This document shows, one piece after another, positions 7,737 through 17,338 of a DNA stretch of 64,000 nucleotides. A program made the translations under genes and the position numbers. The stretch spans positions 896,001 through 960,000 of the forward strand of contig OZ242351.1 in NCBI GenBank assembly GCA_965208675.1, given 5' to 3'. The notes beneath the pieces are model-generated. The model did no database searches, was not told the DNA's origin, and was given only the letters and a program-made list of their open reading frames with translations. The first letter of the stretch is position 1. Each line of letters starts with the position of its first letter. The DNA comes from Candidatus Poribacteria bacterium (lineage in GTDB: Bacteria > Poribacteria > WGA-4E > PCPOR2b).

Positions 7737-10147
7737 ATGAGAATGGATTTAAATAATGTGCTTCAACGTTCAACGAGCGTACGGGTAGAAGCCCACTGGG
7801 AACCGATTGCGGATTCTTCGTTTAATCTGCATAACGAATATCGTGAGCACGCTGGGTTATTCGATCTGTCTCCAATCTACCCCACCAAAAAATATGAGCC
7901 GGACGCGTTTAAAGCGTTTCTTCCCTCCCGGCCGATGTTGGTAGGTGATGTATGGGAGCTCGACTCCGAGGGAGTTGTTCAGTTCCTTCGCCAATTCCAC
8001 TCTGGAGCGACGATGAAACTACATCATGGCACGGAAGGCGCCTACGCGTGCCTTCGCGCGCTTTCGTCAAAATATGCGGAAATTACATTTCGCATTCATG
8101 CAGATTTTGCCTTATCGAGTATCGCGTATGAAAATTGGCGGCGGGACAATTCGTTGAAGGAGGATGAGGGCAAAGCCCGCTTTATCCCATCACAATTTGC
8201 AGGGCGATTGGTAGTCAACCTTAAAGAGAGGACGGTTAGAGCGTTTTCACTTGCGTTGCCGCCCCGCAATAGCAACGTAGACATCAACGCCTACGGCGGC
8301 GCTGATATGGTTTTAGTACCGCGTATGGAACTCGTCGGTGCTAACGCCAATGACCAGTGTGAAATTGCGTGGGACACTAACATCACTGAGGATGAAGCGC
8401 GCAGGGCGTTGGAGTTGAAGTTCTACAAGTTCGCTGAAATTGAATGGCGGCCGGTTGAAGAAGCGGTTAAACTTGCTGTGGAAACGGGTCGTCCGATCCA
8501 TGCAATCCTTGTCTGGGGGGCGTTGGACGACGAATCATGCTGAGCGAACGGCAAACAATTGAGGGCGGGTCCGCTCTCCAATTCAGAAGTGATAAAGACG
8601 CTCAACCAGAAGTTCGTCAATACTTGGGTGTTCCTACGAGAGTTGCCGGAACTAATAGGCGGCGCGAGAGGGGAAGGTGCGAGCCGCGTCGTGGCAAAAC
8701 TACAACAGCATTACTCCGATTCGGTAGATATATTGATGCTGTCTTCAGAAGCAGAGGTGCTGGCACATCAGCCGGAGATGGCGCTTCCTTACAGGGGCAG
8801 GACAGAAGCTTACTTAAAGTTCCTCAATCGAACTTTAGAATCCTTTGAAGGAAGATATTTCTCAAAATTAGATGCAAAACCCATCAGATTGGGGAGGAAG
8901 TTTAAGAGCCTGTTTGAAAAAGAAAAAAGATGTCTGAACGGTTGATGTTTACGTTTACTCACTGGAGCAGTTGATTCCGAACCAATGAAGGGAGTAAACA
9001 TGAACCGAAAACGTTATCCTAGTGATTTGACCGATGTACAATGGCAGAAACTGTCAGCGTTTCTGCCAACCCCTCAACCATTAGGTAGACCTCTAAAATG
9101 GGAGATGTACTTAATTGTCCATGCCATCTTTTATGTCGTCAAGTCCGGTTGCCAGTGGCGAATGCTACCATACGATATGCCACCGTGGCAAACCGTCTAT
9201 TACCATTTTAGGAAGTGGGAAGCCGACAATACATGGCTCTTGATTCATCAGGCACTTCACGAACAATCACGCTGTGATGGTGGCAAAGAACCATCACCGA
9301 CAGCAGCTATCATTGACAGCCAATCCATTAAGACAACTGAACTGGCGACGACTCGCGGTTTTGATGGTCACAAGAAGGTCAAAGGACGCAAACGACATCT
9401 AGTAACGGATACGACGGGTATTCCATTGATGGTCAAAGTCACTGACGCGAATGTCAGTGATAATCAGATTGCTATCGAGTTACTAACAGAAGTGTTTAGC
9501 TGGTACATAACCATTCAGTTGGTGTGTGCCGATGCCGCCTATCGTGGAGAATTGGAAGACTGGTTATATTTTGCTCATCAATGTCAACTGGAGATTGCAT
9601 CTACGCTAGGACGGGAGAAGTTTGAAGTTATCCCGTTACGATGGATTGTTGAGCGCACATTTTCTTGGCTTGGTTGGTTTCGTCGATTGACTTTGGATTA
9701 TGAACGCTATCCTAGGACTGCTGAGACTATGGTGTACATCGCTTCCATTTACTTAATGCAAAATCGAATCAAATGACTTTTCAAACAGGCTCTAAGGAGG
9801 TACTGTATGTTTTTCGCTCCTCGGGCACGCCAGATTACACGATTGTCGACATTGACACAACCTCTTTTGAACACGACGGGATACTCTACATAGAGATACA
9901 GGTCGGTGGGGGCGAGGCAGCAGGGACGTTTGAATTGTTCGATGGTGACACGGAACTTGTTACAGATGAATCTCCTGATGAAGCCCTGACTGGAGCGTGG
10001 AATATCCCGCCCGGAGGAACTGGACACATTATGTACGGCTTCAAACGGGGGCAGCGTTTTAAGTTGACTGCTGCCGGGGGTATATCAACCAAGGCGGGGT
10101 GCATCAACGCATTTATTGCGCATATTTATGTGGTCAACGAGGCGTGA
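7737..10147 (+). CDS. Selenoprotein N (SELENON)-like selenoprotein, Sec at TGA 8541-8543, interrupted near the C-terminus by IS5 (8906-9792)
   Basis: AGGAG RBS before ATG 7737; ORFs 7704-8543 and 8559-8945 share a frame across a single TGA; HAILVWGALDDESC-U-ANGKQLR matches the SELENON active-site region as recalled ([22 protein letters not shown]); removing IS plus one TSD fuses ...GRKFK to EVLYVF... in frame (~506 aa). Confidence 0.88.
8557..8583 (+). promoter_or_regulatory. Putative bacterial SECIS element
   Basis: Hairpin AATTG-AGGGCG [GGTC] CGCTCT-C-CAATT; apical loop starts 24 nt after the in-frame UGA and begins with GG, like the GGUC loop of the E. coli fdhF SECIS. Confidence 0.75.
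8906..9792 (+). mobile_element. IS5-family insertion sequence (IS1031-like subgroup), 887 bp
   Basis: Perfect 15-bp TIRs GAGCCTGTTTGAAAA (8906-8920) / TTTTCAAACAGGCTC (9778-9792); 3-bp TSD TAA (8903-8905, 9793-9795). Confidence 0.95.
9000..9776 (+). CDS. IS5-family DDE transposase, intact single ORF
   Basis: YPSDLTDVQW, GCQWRMLP, AIIDSQSIK, GRKRHLVTD, ADAAY, RWIVERTFSWL motifs; GGAG RBS before ATG 9000. Confidence 0.95.
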   Translation: MNRKRYPSDLTDVQWQKLSAFLPTPQPLGRPLKWEMYLIVHAIFYVVKSGCQWRMLPYDMPPWQTVYYHFRKWEADNTWLLIHQALHEQSRCDGGKEPSPTAAIIDSQSIKTTELATTRGFDGHKKVKGRKRHLVTDTTGIPLMVKVTDANVSDNQIAIELLTEVFSWYITIQLVCADAAYRGELEDWLYFAHQCQLEIASTLGREKFEVIPLRWIVERTFSWLGWFRRLTLDYERYPRTAETMVYIASIYLMQNRIK

Positions 10148-10313
10148 AAGTATTGGGAGGCTCCGCAGTAATCCATTTGACGCCTTGGTTCTGTCGGTTT
10201 ACAGCCCAGAAAGATTGTACACGTTGCTGCAAACTGCGCGCGTAATCCAGGCGAACGTAAATAGACATTTAGGACTTTACTCTTGTAGTACAGCGAATTG
10301 TGATACAGCGAAT

Positions 10314-11582
10314 TTAATTCAACGACTGCAATACATCAAAGTAAGTCGGGAAGGTTTTGTTGACGCAACTAGGATTTTTTATTCGAATACCCGGCACTTT
10401 CAACCCAATCAGAGAGAAACTCATGGCGATTCGGTGGTCGTTATACGTGTCAATTGCCGCAGGCGTAATCCTCGACGGAGAAATTTCGACACCGTCCTTA
10501 CCCTCGACAACTTTCACACCCAGTTTTCGTAGTTCTGTGACCGTGGCGTGAATGCGGTCTGATTCTTGCCAGCGAGTATGCCCAATATTGCGAATGCCCA
10601 CTTTGCTGGCGGCGAAAGGAGCGATTGCAGCCAACGTGGGCCAAGTGTCCGAAATTGCGTTCATGTCTATATCTATCCCCTTAAGCTGCTTAGCTCCAAT
10701 TACTTCACACCCACCACGTTTCCAATTGACCTGGCACCCCATTTTTTCCAGCACATCTACGAAATGCACATCTCCCTGAACAGAGTCCGAATTGAGGTTA
10801 TCTACTTGGACGCGGCCGCCTGTGAGCGCAGCGGCTGCAAAGAAGTAGGATGCGCTTGAGGCATCTGGCTCAATTAAAAATTCGCAGGCTTGATACTTCT
10901 GCCTACCTTCGATGAGGTAGGACCGATAGTTGTCGTGGGTCACAGTCACACCAAACGCCTTCATTACGGACAGCGTGATGTCAATATACGGCGTTTTAAT
11001 TTTGTCAGTGATTTCGACCTCTATACCTTTTTTTGTATATGGTGCAACGAGCATTAGCGATGTCAAGAACTGGCTACTTTTATTTGTATTCAGTCGGGAT
11101 TTTCCACCCTCAAATCCATTTGCATTGACAATGGCAGGAAGAAATCCGTTGTCGTATACTGAGCGCACATCAACGCCGAGTTGCCGCAGCGCATCCAGCA
11201 GATTAGCGATCGGACGGGTGCGGCGCATGGGTTCGTCGCCATCAATGACGAAATTGCCTTTCCCGAGCGCAACATAACTCACAAGTGACCGCGATGTCGT
11301 TCCGGAATTGCCGACGTAGAGTTCAGCGTGATTGACAGGGATTTTACCGCCGTTGCCAGCAACCCAAAATGTACACCGATCTTCGTTCGCCTCGATCTCT
11401 ACCCCCAGTTCTCGCAGGGCGATGCACATGTAACGGGTGTCATCGCTGAAAAGCGCCCCTGTCAGCTGAGAACGGCCTTCAGCGAGCGCAGCAACCAACA
11501 GCGCCCGGTTTGTGAAACTCTTGGAACCGGGAATTGCGACTGCGGCATCAATTGCGCTCTTAACGGGTTGAATCTCGATCAT
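10314..11582 (-). CDS. aroA: 3-phosphoshikimate 1-carboxyvinyltransferase (EPSP synthase)
   Basis: PGSKSFTNRAL, GNSGTTSR, SSQFLTSL, ESDRI, DHRIAMSF, KTFPTYF motifs. Confidence 0.95.
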   Translation of the reverse strand: MIEIQPVKSAIDAAVAIPGSKSFTNRALLVAALAEGRSQLTGALFSDDTRYMCIALRELGVEIEANEDRCTFWVAGNGGKIPVNHAELYVGNSGTTSRSLVSYVALGKGNFVIDGDEPMRRTRPIANLLDALRQLGVDVRSVYDNGFLPAIVNANGFEGGKSRLNTNKSSQFLTSLMLVAPYTKKGIEVEITDKIKTPYIDITLSVMKAFGVTVTHDNYRSYLIEGRQKYQACEFLIEPDASSASYFFAAAALTGGRVQVDNLNSDSVQGDVHFVDVLEKMGCQVNWKRGGCEVIGAKQLKGIDIDMNAISDTWPTLAAIAPFAASKVGIRNIGHTRWQESDRIHATVTELRKLGVKVVEGKDGVEISPSRITPAAIDTYNDHRIAMSFSLIGLKVPGIRIKNPSCVNKTFPTYFDVLQSLN

Positions 11583-11731
11583 GCTTTTGCGGTTTTTCGG
11601 CCTAAGTCAGTGTATATTTCTTGTCGGCTCGATTTCACCATTAAACCTTGTGATACTGTCGAATCCACAGAATGAGGGATTGAGTTTGACTTTCCATAGT
11701 CCAAGAATTAACCGGTGAATATTAGCAATTT

Positions 11732-12628
11732 TCAGACTAGTCCGTGGTCAACCAACAGCTTTCTCAATTCACCTTTCGCGCCGTCATTGAGCGGCATTAG
11801 AGGGCTCGTCGTGTACTCACGGCAGATGTCTAGGATTTGCATGCAAGCTTTCATACAACTGACTCCTGCGCCATACGTGTAGAGCTCGCTAAGCTTTAGC
11901 ACCCGTGCTTGCAAACGCTGCACCTCATCAATATTTCGGTTTTTCGCCGCGTCATATAGCTGGACAGAGGTTTTCGGATCAATATTCGATATTGAGATTA
12001 CCGCACCTTCTGCGCCGAATGTAATCGCCGCACCTGCCATTGTGTACGAGCCAATCAGAATTGAAAAACGTCCATCATCTCCTAGATAGGTAAAAATTTT
12101 GAGAAAATTTGTCCAATCCCCGGAACTATCTTTGATTCCAACGATGTTTTTATGCCGTACCGCCAAGTCTCTGACAATCTCTGGCTTAATCGCGGTTTTG
12201 ACCATCATTGGAATGTTGTAAATGACAAAAGGTAAATCGGTGCTCTGGGCGGCCGTACTGTAAAAAGTCTTGATGTCATCATCGCTGCTTGACGGGTAGT
12301 AGTATGGAGGCGTTGCGGCAACCGCATCAACCTTGAGTTCTTGCGCCATCTCGATATTTTGAATGACGCGACGGGTACTCGAATCCATCACCCCACAAAT
12401 AATCGGCACACGTCCGCCGATTGTGTTTACCGCAATTTCGATTGCCCGTTGACGCTCCGCATTGGTGAGCGAAACGAACTCGCCGGAACTGCCCAGCAAG
12501 TAGATGCCGTGTACACCGCTGTCGATTAAACGGTTGAGATGCCTTACAAACCCTAATTCATCAACGCGCTCTTTCGCGTCTAACGGCGTTATCGTAGGTG
12601 TAAAAATGCCTTCAAATCGTACGTCCAT
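11732..12628 (-). CDS. DHDPS/NAL-family class I aldolase (KDG-aldolase/YagE-like)
   Basis: LGSSGEF, YNIP, VGIKDSSGD (Schiff-base Lys). Confidence 0.88.
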   Translation of the reverse strand: MDVRFEGIFTPTITPLDAKERVDELGFVRHLNRLIDSGVHGIYLLGSSGEFVSLTNAERQRAIEIAVNTIGGRVPIICGVMDSSTRRVIQNIEMAQELKVDAVAATPPYYYPSSSDDDIKTFYSTAAQSTDLPFVIYNIPMMVKTAIKPEIVRDLAVRHKNIVGIKDSSGDWTNFLKIFTYLGDDGRFSILIGSYTMAGAAITFGAEGAVISISNIDPKTSVQLYDAAKNRNIDEVQRLQARVLKLSELYTYGAGVSCMKACMQILDICREYTTSPLMPLNDGAKGELRKLLVDHGLV

Positions 12629-12755
12629 GATGATAATCTCCTCATTTTATGCGATTATAAACTTAGTTTAACAAAAAAATTAGCCGAGTGTCAATAACTT
12701 GCATTGGGCTACTCTTTCCAAATATAGAATCTCATTGGCATGCCCTAAACGATTG

Positions 12756-12784
12756 TTGACTTACCCAATAATATGTGGTATGAT
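12756..12784 (+). promoter_or_regulatory. Sigma70-type promoter for the RLP operon
   Basis: TTGACT-17 bp-TATGAT with TG extended -10. Confidence 0.6.
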
Positions 12785-12899
12785 TGGATTTGCCTGACAG
12801 TCAATTTCACAGTCCAATTACACCCGTTCCCATAGCGGATTCCACGACTCGAATCGTTACCGTTATTAACTCTTAAACGCACACAAAAAAAACTGCATT

Positions 12900-14327
12900 A
12901 TGACACTCGTCGAAACCACAAAGCTTGAATTACTCTGGAGCGACGGAGACGCGCGTGAAATGTGTCTCCGCGAGATTGTCGGAGAACGGCTCACAACAAC
13001 ACCGCCACCGGTTTTGGAGGGTTACATTGTAGCGACCTACTTTCTGTCGCTCCGCACACTAACACTGCAGGAGGCGGCCGAAGAGATTAGCTATCACGCC
13101 AGCAGCGGTGACAGATATCCGCCAGCAGGTTCATTATTGGAAGAGTGCACCGCCAAGGTAGCCGGTGTTGATGAGTTCGATTCCAGCAAACGGCTGGGTC
13201 TGTTGCACATGGCATTTCCCTTGAAAATGATGTCCCAACCTGACGGTCATGTGACCTCTTGTGACATGCTCCACACAATGGCAGGCGCAATTATTTTTGA
13301 TGTTTATGAAAATCAGGATGCCCGGCTAGTTTCCTTGAATATCCCGGGGAAGGTAATCCAAACCTTTCCGGGGCCAGCGCACGGCATGAGTGGAATTCGG
13401 CAGCTTACGGGATTTCCGTCCGCCCAACCCGCTTTTGGCACAATCCTAAAACCGACCGCCGGAATTACTCCGACTGAGGTTGGACAGCTTGTAGAAGAAG
13501 TAGCGAGATGTCCTCTGTTTCTCTTCGTTAAGGAAGACGAAAACCTCTACCCCAACCTAGATTATTCCCCGGCCGCCGAACGCACACGACAAGCTGTGGC
13601 TGCCATTGAGCGCGCCCAGGATGAGCGTGGTGGACTAGGACTCATTTTCGCACCGCATATCAGCGGTGCGCCGCATGAGATTTTGGAAACGGTACATGCC
13701 GTGCTAGATGCGGGTGCCAGCGGTGTTATGTTCAGCGAGACGTTTGCAGGCGGAACGGTTCGCATGGTGCGCGAAGCCACAAAAAACCTAAGTACACCCC
13801 CAATTATCTATGGCCACAACGCGGGAATTGGTGTAAAGACGCGGGCAATATGGCGCGAGATTATCGATCTGCTAGCGCGGCTAGACGGAATTGATTTACG
13901 CCAGACATCGCCGGTACGACCGGGAACACCATTTTTGCGACCTTACGGCGCAGAATGGGAGGCATCCGAGGAAATTCTTACCCGCCGGTTGTCTGGCATT
14001 CACCCAACCGGAATCGTTCGTGCGGGTTCATTAGATCAGGGCAACATTTGTATCAACCTGGCAGACGCCGAGAAACGCGGACGCCGCGAAAACGTCATGT
14101 TTGTGTCGGGGTCCGCAATTAACTCCATCAAAAATTCAGCAGGCAAAACCGACCCAAGAATTGGCGTGGAAGCGATGCTGCAAGCTATAGAGGTTCATGA
14201 CTCGAATGAATTACGGGACGTACCAATGGTGGATCACGTCGCAGCGCTGATGGCGACTGCCGAACGCAAACAGCTCAAGGCTTTACGCGAATCGCTGCGT
14301 CAACGGTATCCCGGTAAAACAGTTTAA
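12900..14327 (+). CDS. RuBisCO-like protein (form IV), divergent
   Basis: FPGPAHG, GTILKPTAG, FVKEDENL (KDDE-equivalent), IYGHNAG; no small subunit or PRK nearby. Confidence 0.85.
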   Translation: MTLVETTKLELLWSDGDAREMCLREIVGERLTTTPPPVLEGYIVATYFLSLRTLTLQEAAEEISYHASSGDRYPPAGSLLEECTAKVAGVDEFDSSKRLGLLHMAFPLKMMSQPDGHVTSCDMLHTMAGAIIFDVYENQDARLVSLNIPGKVIQTFPGPAHGMSGIRQLTGFPSAQPAFGTILKPTAGITPTEVGQLVEEVARCPLFLFVKEDENLYPNLDYSPAAERTRQAVAAIERAQDERGGLGLIFAPHISGAPHEILETVHAVLDAGASGVMFSETFAGGTVRMVREATKNLSTPPIIYGHNAGIGVKTRAIWREIIDLLARLDGIDLRQTSPVRPGTPFLRPYGAEWEASEEILTRRLSGIHPTGIVRAGSLDQGNICINLADAEKRGRRENVMFVSGSAINSIKNSAGKTDPRIGVEAMLQAIEVHDSNELRDVPMVDHVAALMATAERKQLKALRESLRQRYPGKTV

Positions 14328-14360
14328 CTTCGTCGCTGACCAGTTACTTCAATTTTTATC

Positions 14361-15434
14361 ATGAGCAGAGAAACACGACGTTTGCGAATCGGCGTATTGG
14401 GGTGCGGTCCGGTCGCGCAGATTGCACACCTTGACGCCTGCCGCAAAGCCCGCAACGCAGAACTTTATGCTATCTGTGATGTGGCAGAGGACTTGCTGGA
14501 AAAAATGTCCGTAGTCCACGAACCGCGAGTTGTCTATCGGGATTACGGAGATATGCTCGCTGACCAGCAGGTAGACGCAATCATCATAGCGGCAGCAGAC
14601 CAATTTCATGTACCGCTTTGCCGTCAGGCGGTCGTTGCGGGAAAACATGTATTCATCGAAAAACCCCTCGGTGTAAATGTTGAGGAATGCGAAGATTTGC
14701 TGCGCCGGATTCAAAACACCGGGCTAACGCTTCAAGTAGGTAACAACAGGCGTTTCGATCCTGCAATAGACCACGCACACTCATTCATCAAAGAGGAACT
14801 AGGACAAATCATTGCGCTCAAGTCGTGGTATTACGATTCGACCGACCGTTATACCATGACCGACAACTTACAGCCTATCCCTGTGGTTAGCGTGAGCGCG
14901 AAACGTCCCGAAGGTAATCCAAAGGCTGACAAATATCCATATTTCTTACTCGGACACGGCAGCCATTTAGTGGACACCGCGCGTTTTCTGGGCGGAGAGA
15001 TTTTGAGTGTTCATGCCCGGTTTCTTGAACGGTTTGGGAGCTACTGTTGGTTTGTGAGCGTCGACTTTACAAACGGCAGCTTAGGACACTTCGACTTAAT
15101 CATTGCCATACGCGGGGATTTTGAGGAGGGGTTTCAGGTTTTCGGCGAACATGGCAGCGTCCGGGGAAGAATTTACCTGCCGTGGTACCACAAGTCTGGC
15201 CACGTTGAATGCTTCTCGGTTAAGGATGGATTGTTTCGCCGCCCACTGGGGGCAGACGCCTACACCTACAAACTACAAATCGAGGGGTTCGCAGACACAA
15301 TCCTTAATGGGGCTCCTATGCACGGTGCAAGTGTTGAGGATGGCGTCGCTGCTATTCGGGCGATGGTTGCTATTGCCCGTTCAGCAAAAACCGGCGAAAA
15401 GGTACGGTTATCGGATGTCACCGGAGGTGTCTAA
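14361..15434 (+). CDS. Gfo/Idh/MocA family oxidoreductase
   Basis: IGVLGCG, GKHVFIEKP, GNNRRFDP, GSHLVD motifs. Confidence 0.9.
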   Translation: MSRETRRLRIGVLGCGPVAQIAHLDACRKARNAELYAICDVAEDLLEKMSVVHEPRVVYRDYGDMLADQQVDAIIIAAADQFHVPLCRQAVVAGKHVFIEKPLGVNVEECEDLLRRIQNTGLTLQVGNNRRFDPAIDHAHSFIKEELGQIIALKSWYYDSTDRYTMTDNLQPIPVVSVSAKRPEGNPKADKYPYFLLGHGSHLVDTARFLGGEILSVHARFLERFGSYCWFVSVDFTNGSLGHFDLIIAIRGDFEEGFQVFGEHGSVRGRIYLPWYHKSGHVECFSVKDGLFRRPLGADAYTYKLQIEGFADTILNGAPMHGASVEDGVAAIRAMVAIARSAKTGEKVRLSDVTGGV

Positions 15435-15695
15435 TGCAAATCCGCATGCTAGGCTCACGTCAATTTTTCACATATTTAGATTGATTACGAAGAAGTTTAA
15501 TGGCTTTAACCAGAATCATGCTAGCACGCCGGTCGGCGAAAACGAGTGTTATTCGACGACATTACATGGTCTCACTGAACGCTTGAAATGGTCCATCTGG
15601 AGAGTTGACAGCTGCCGTATTACATTGAATTCAGCGAAGACGTTGGGAAATCGTCCGATAAGATTTTAGCCACATATACTAATTGGTGCCCTCTA

Positions 15696-17297
15696 ATGAG
15701 TCTCCAGCGACCGGCTAAAAATTGTGCGTGTGTTGAAGTGCGGATTCGCTTGAGCTTGTATCCAACACTGGGGTACGTCCTTTCGGTAATTTTGATTGGG
15801 GTGGTGCTAACTACAAAATTAGCTTTTGCGGGCGCAGCCCGGACGGAGCATATAGTGAAACGGCACTTCGAGCAGGGGGTGCATTTTGTTGAAATTGGAT
15901 TGTACGATAAAGCCCTCGCTGAGATTCAAAAAGTGTTAGAACTCCAGCCGGATAGCAGCGAGGCCTTTTGCTTCCTTGGCGACGTGTATCAATACAAGGA
16001 GATGTTTAATGAGGCGGCAGACGCCTATCAACGCGTGCTTACACTAAATGGATCAAAGCAAACACGTGGGATAGCAAACTGGTGTCTAGGCATCATCTAC
16101 AATAAGCAGGGTAAATTCTTAGAGGCGGAGAAATACGGAACGGAAGCCGTTTCATTGCTTCCTGACGCGGCTTGGACTCACTATAGATTGGGCAATATCT
16201 ACACACAGCGCGGGAAATTAGACGAAGCAATGGGGGCGTATCAAAAAGCGATTCAATTGAATCCGGAACTAGCCGAAGCTTATCGCGGACTAGGGCGTAC
16301 AGCGCTAATGCAGGATGAACCAGAGACCGCAATTCAATATTATCGCGGCGCAGTTCAGCGAAACCCTTATGAGGAAAGTGCATACTACAATCTTGCCAAA
16401 GCGTACCGGCGCGCAAATCAATTTGAACAGGCGAAATCCCAGATGGAGCTATTCAAGGAGGTTAAAGCGTACCAAGATACTGTCCAGGACTATCGAAAGA
16501 AGCTGAAGAAGAACCCCACTACAGTCGGTTTGTACGCGGAATTGGCGAAGGTTCATCTCGAAATCAATAACATTGAGGCAGCCATCCAAGAGTTTAATAT
16601 TGTGACATCTTTGGCACCTACCCTTGCACTCGGTTATTACAATCTGGGCGCGCTCTACATGCAAAAAGGCGAGGTACAGCGGGCAATTGAAGCGTTCCAA
16701 AAAACAATTGAATTGGATGAAAACGACACCGAACCGTACATTCGTCTCGGATGGATTTTTGCCAGCCAGAAAAAGTTTGATCTTGCCAAGTTCTACCTTC
16801 AAGGCGCACTTCAACGCAGTTCAACGTTGGGGGAAGCTTATCATGGTTTGGGTGAAATTTATGCTCAAGAAGGCGCCCTGATTGACGCGATCACAGCATA
16901 TAAAGCGTTGACAGAAATACAACCCAAGTCCGCCGCGGGCTGGCTGCGGCTAGGTACGCTACAGGTTAAAGCCAAACAGTTCGACGAAGCTGTACACGCT
17001 TTCCAAACGGCTATCCAAACGGATCCTGACCTGCCAGATGGCTATAATAATCTGGCATGGCTTTACGCCGACCGGAACATGAATCTAGCCAAAGCTGTGA
17101 CATTAGCAGAGAAGGCGGTTGCATTGAATCCGTCAGCTTCAAATCTTGACACACTTGCCTATGCCCACTACCAAAACAGAAATTATCCAGAGGCAGAGCA
17201 TATGATTCAGCGCGCCCTTGAAATCGAACCCAACAAGGATCAATACCTCAAACTCTTGCAAGAAATCCAAAACGCACAGAAGATTAACGGTAAATGA
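15696..17297 (+). CDS. Secreted tetratricopeptide-repeat protein (start uncertain)
   Basis: Hydrophobic N-terminal segment followed by more than 10 TPR units; YNNLAWLYA and LDTLAYAHY terminal repeats. Confidence 0.88.
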   Translation: MSLQRPAKNCACVEVRIRLSLYPTLGYVLSVILIGVVLTTKLAFAGAARTEHIVKRHFEQGVHFVEIGLYDKALAEIQKVLELQPDSSEAFCFLGDVYQYKEMFNEAADAYQRVLTLNGSKQTRGIANWCLGIIYNKQGKFLEAEKYGTEAVSLLPDAAWTHYRLGNIYTQRGKLDEAMGAYQKAIQLNPELAEAYRGLGRTALMQDEPETAIQYYRGAVQRNPYEESAYYNLAKAYRRANQFEQAKSQMELFKEVKAYQDTVQDYRKKLKKNPTTVGLYAELAKVHLEINNIEAAIQEFNIVTSLAPTLALGYYNLGALYMQKGEVQRAIEAFQKTIELDENDTEPYIRLGWIFASQKKFDLAKFYLQGALQRSSTLGEAYHGLGEIYAQEGALIDAITAYKALTEIQPKSAAGWLRLGTLQVKAKQFDEAVHAFQTAIQTDPDLPDGYNNLAWLYADRNMNLAKAVTLAEKAVALNPSASNLDTLAYAHYQNRNYPEAEHMIQRALEIEPNKDQYLKLLQEIQNAQKINGK

Positions 17298-17338
17298 AGC
17301 GCCCATTATTATAACGCCTGGAGGTTGGGGATTGAACG

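Noticed and set aside
7704-10147. Three independent hypothetical genes as listed in the ORF track
   Set aside because: Frames join across one TGA and across the IS excision site, and SELENON-like motifs span the TGA
12900-14327. CO2-fixing RuBisCO / Calvin cycle
   Set aside because: Several catalytic positions are substituted; no small subunit or phosphoribulokinase nearby
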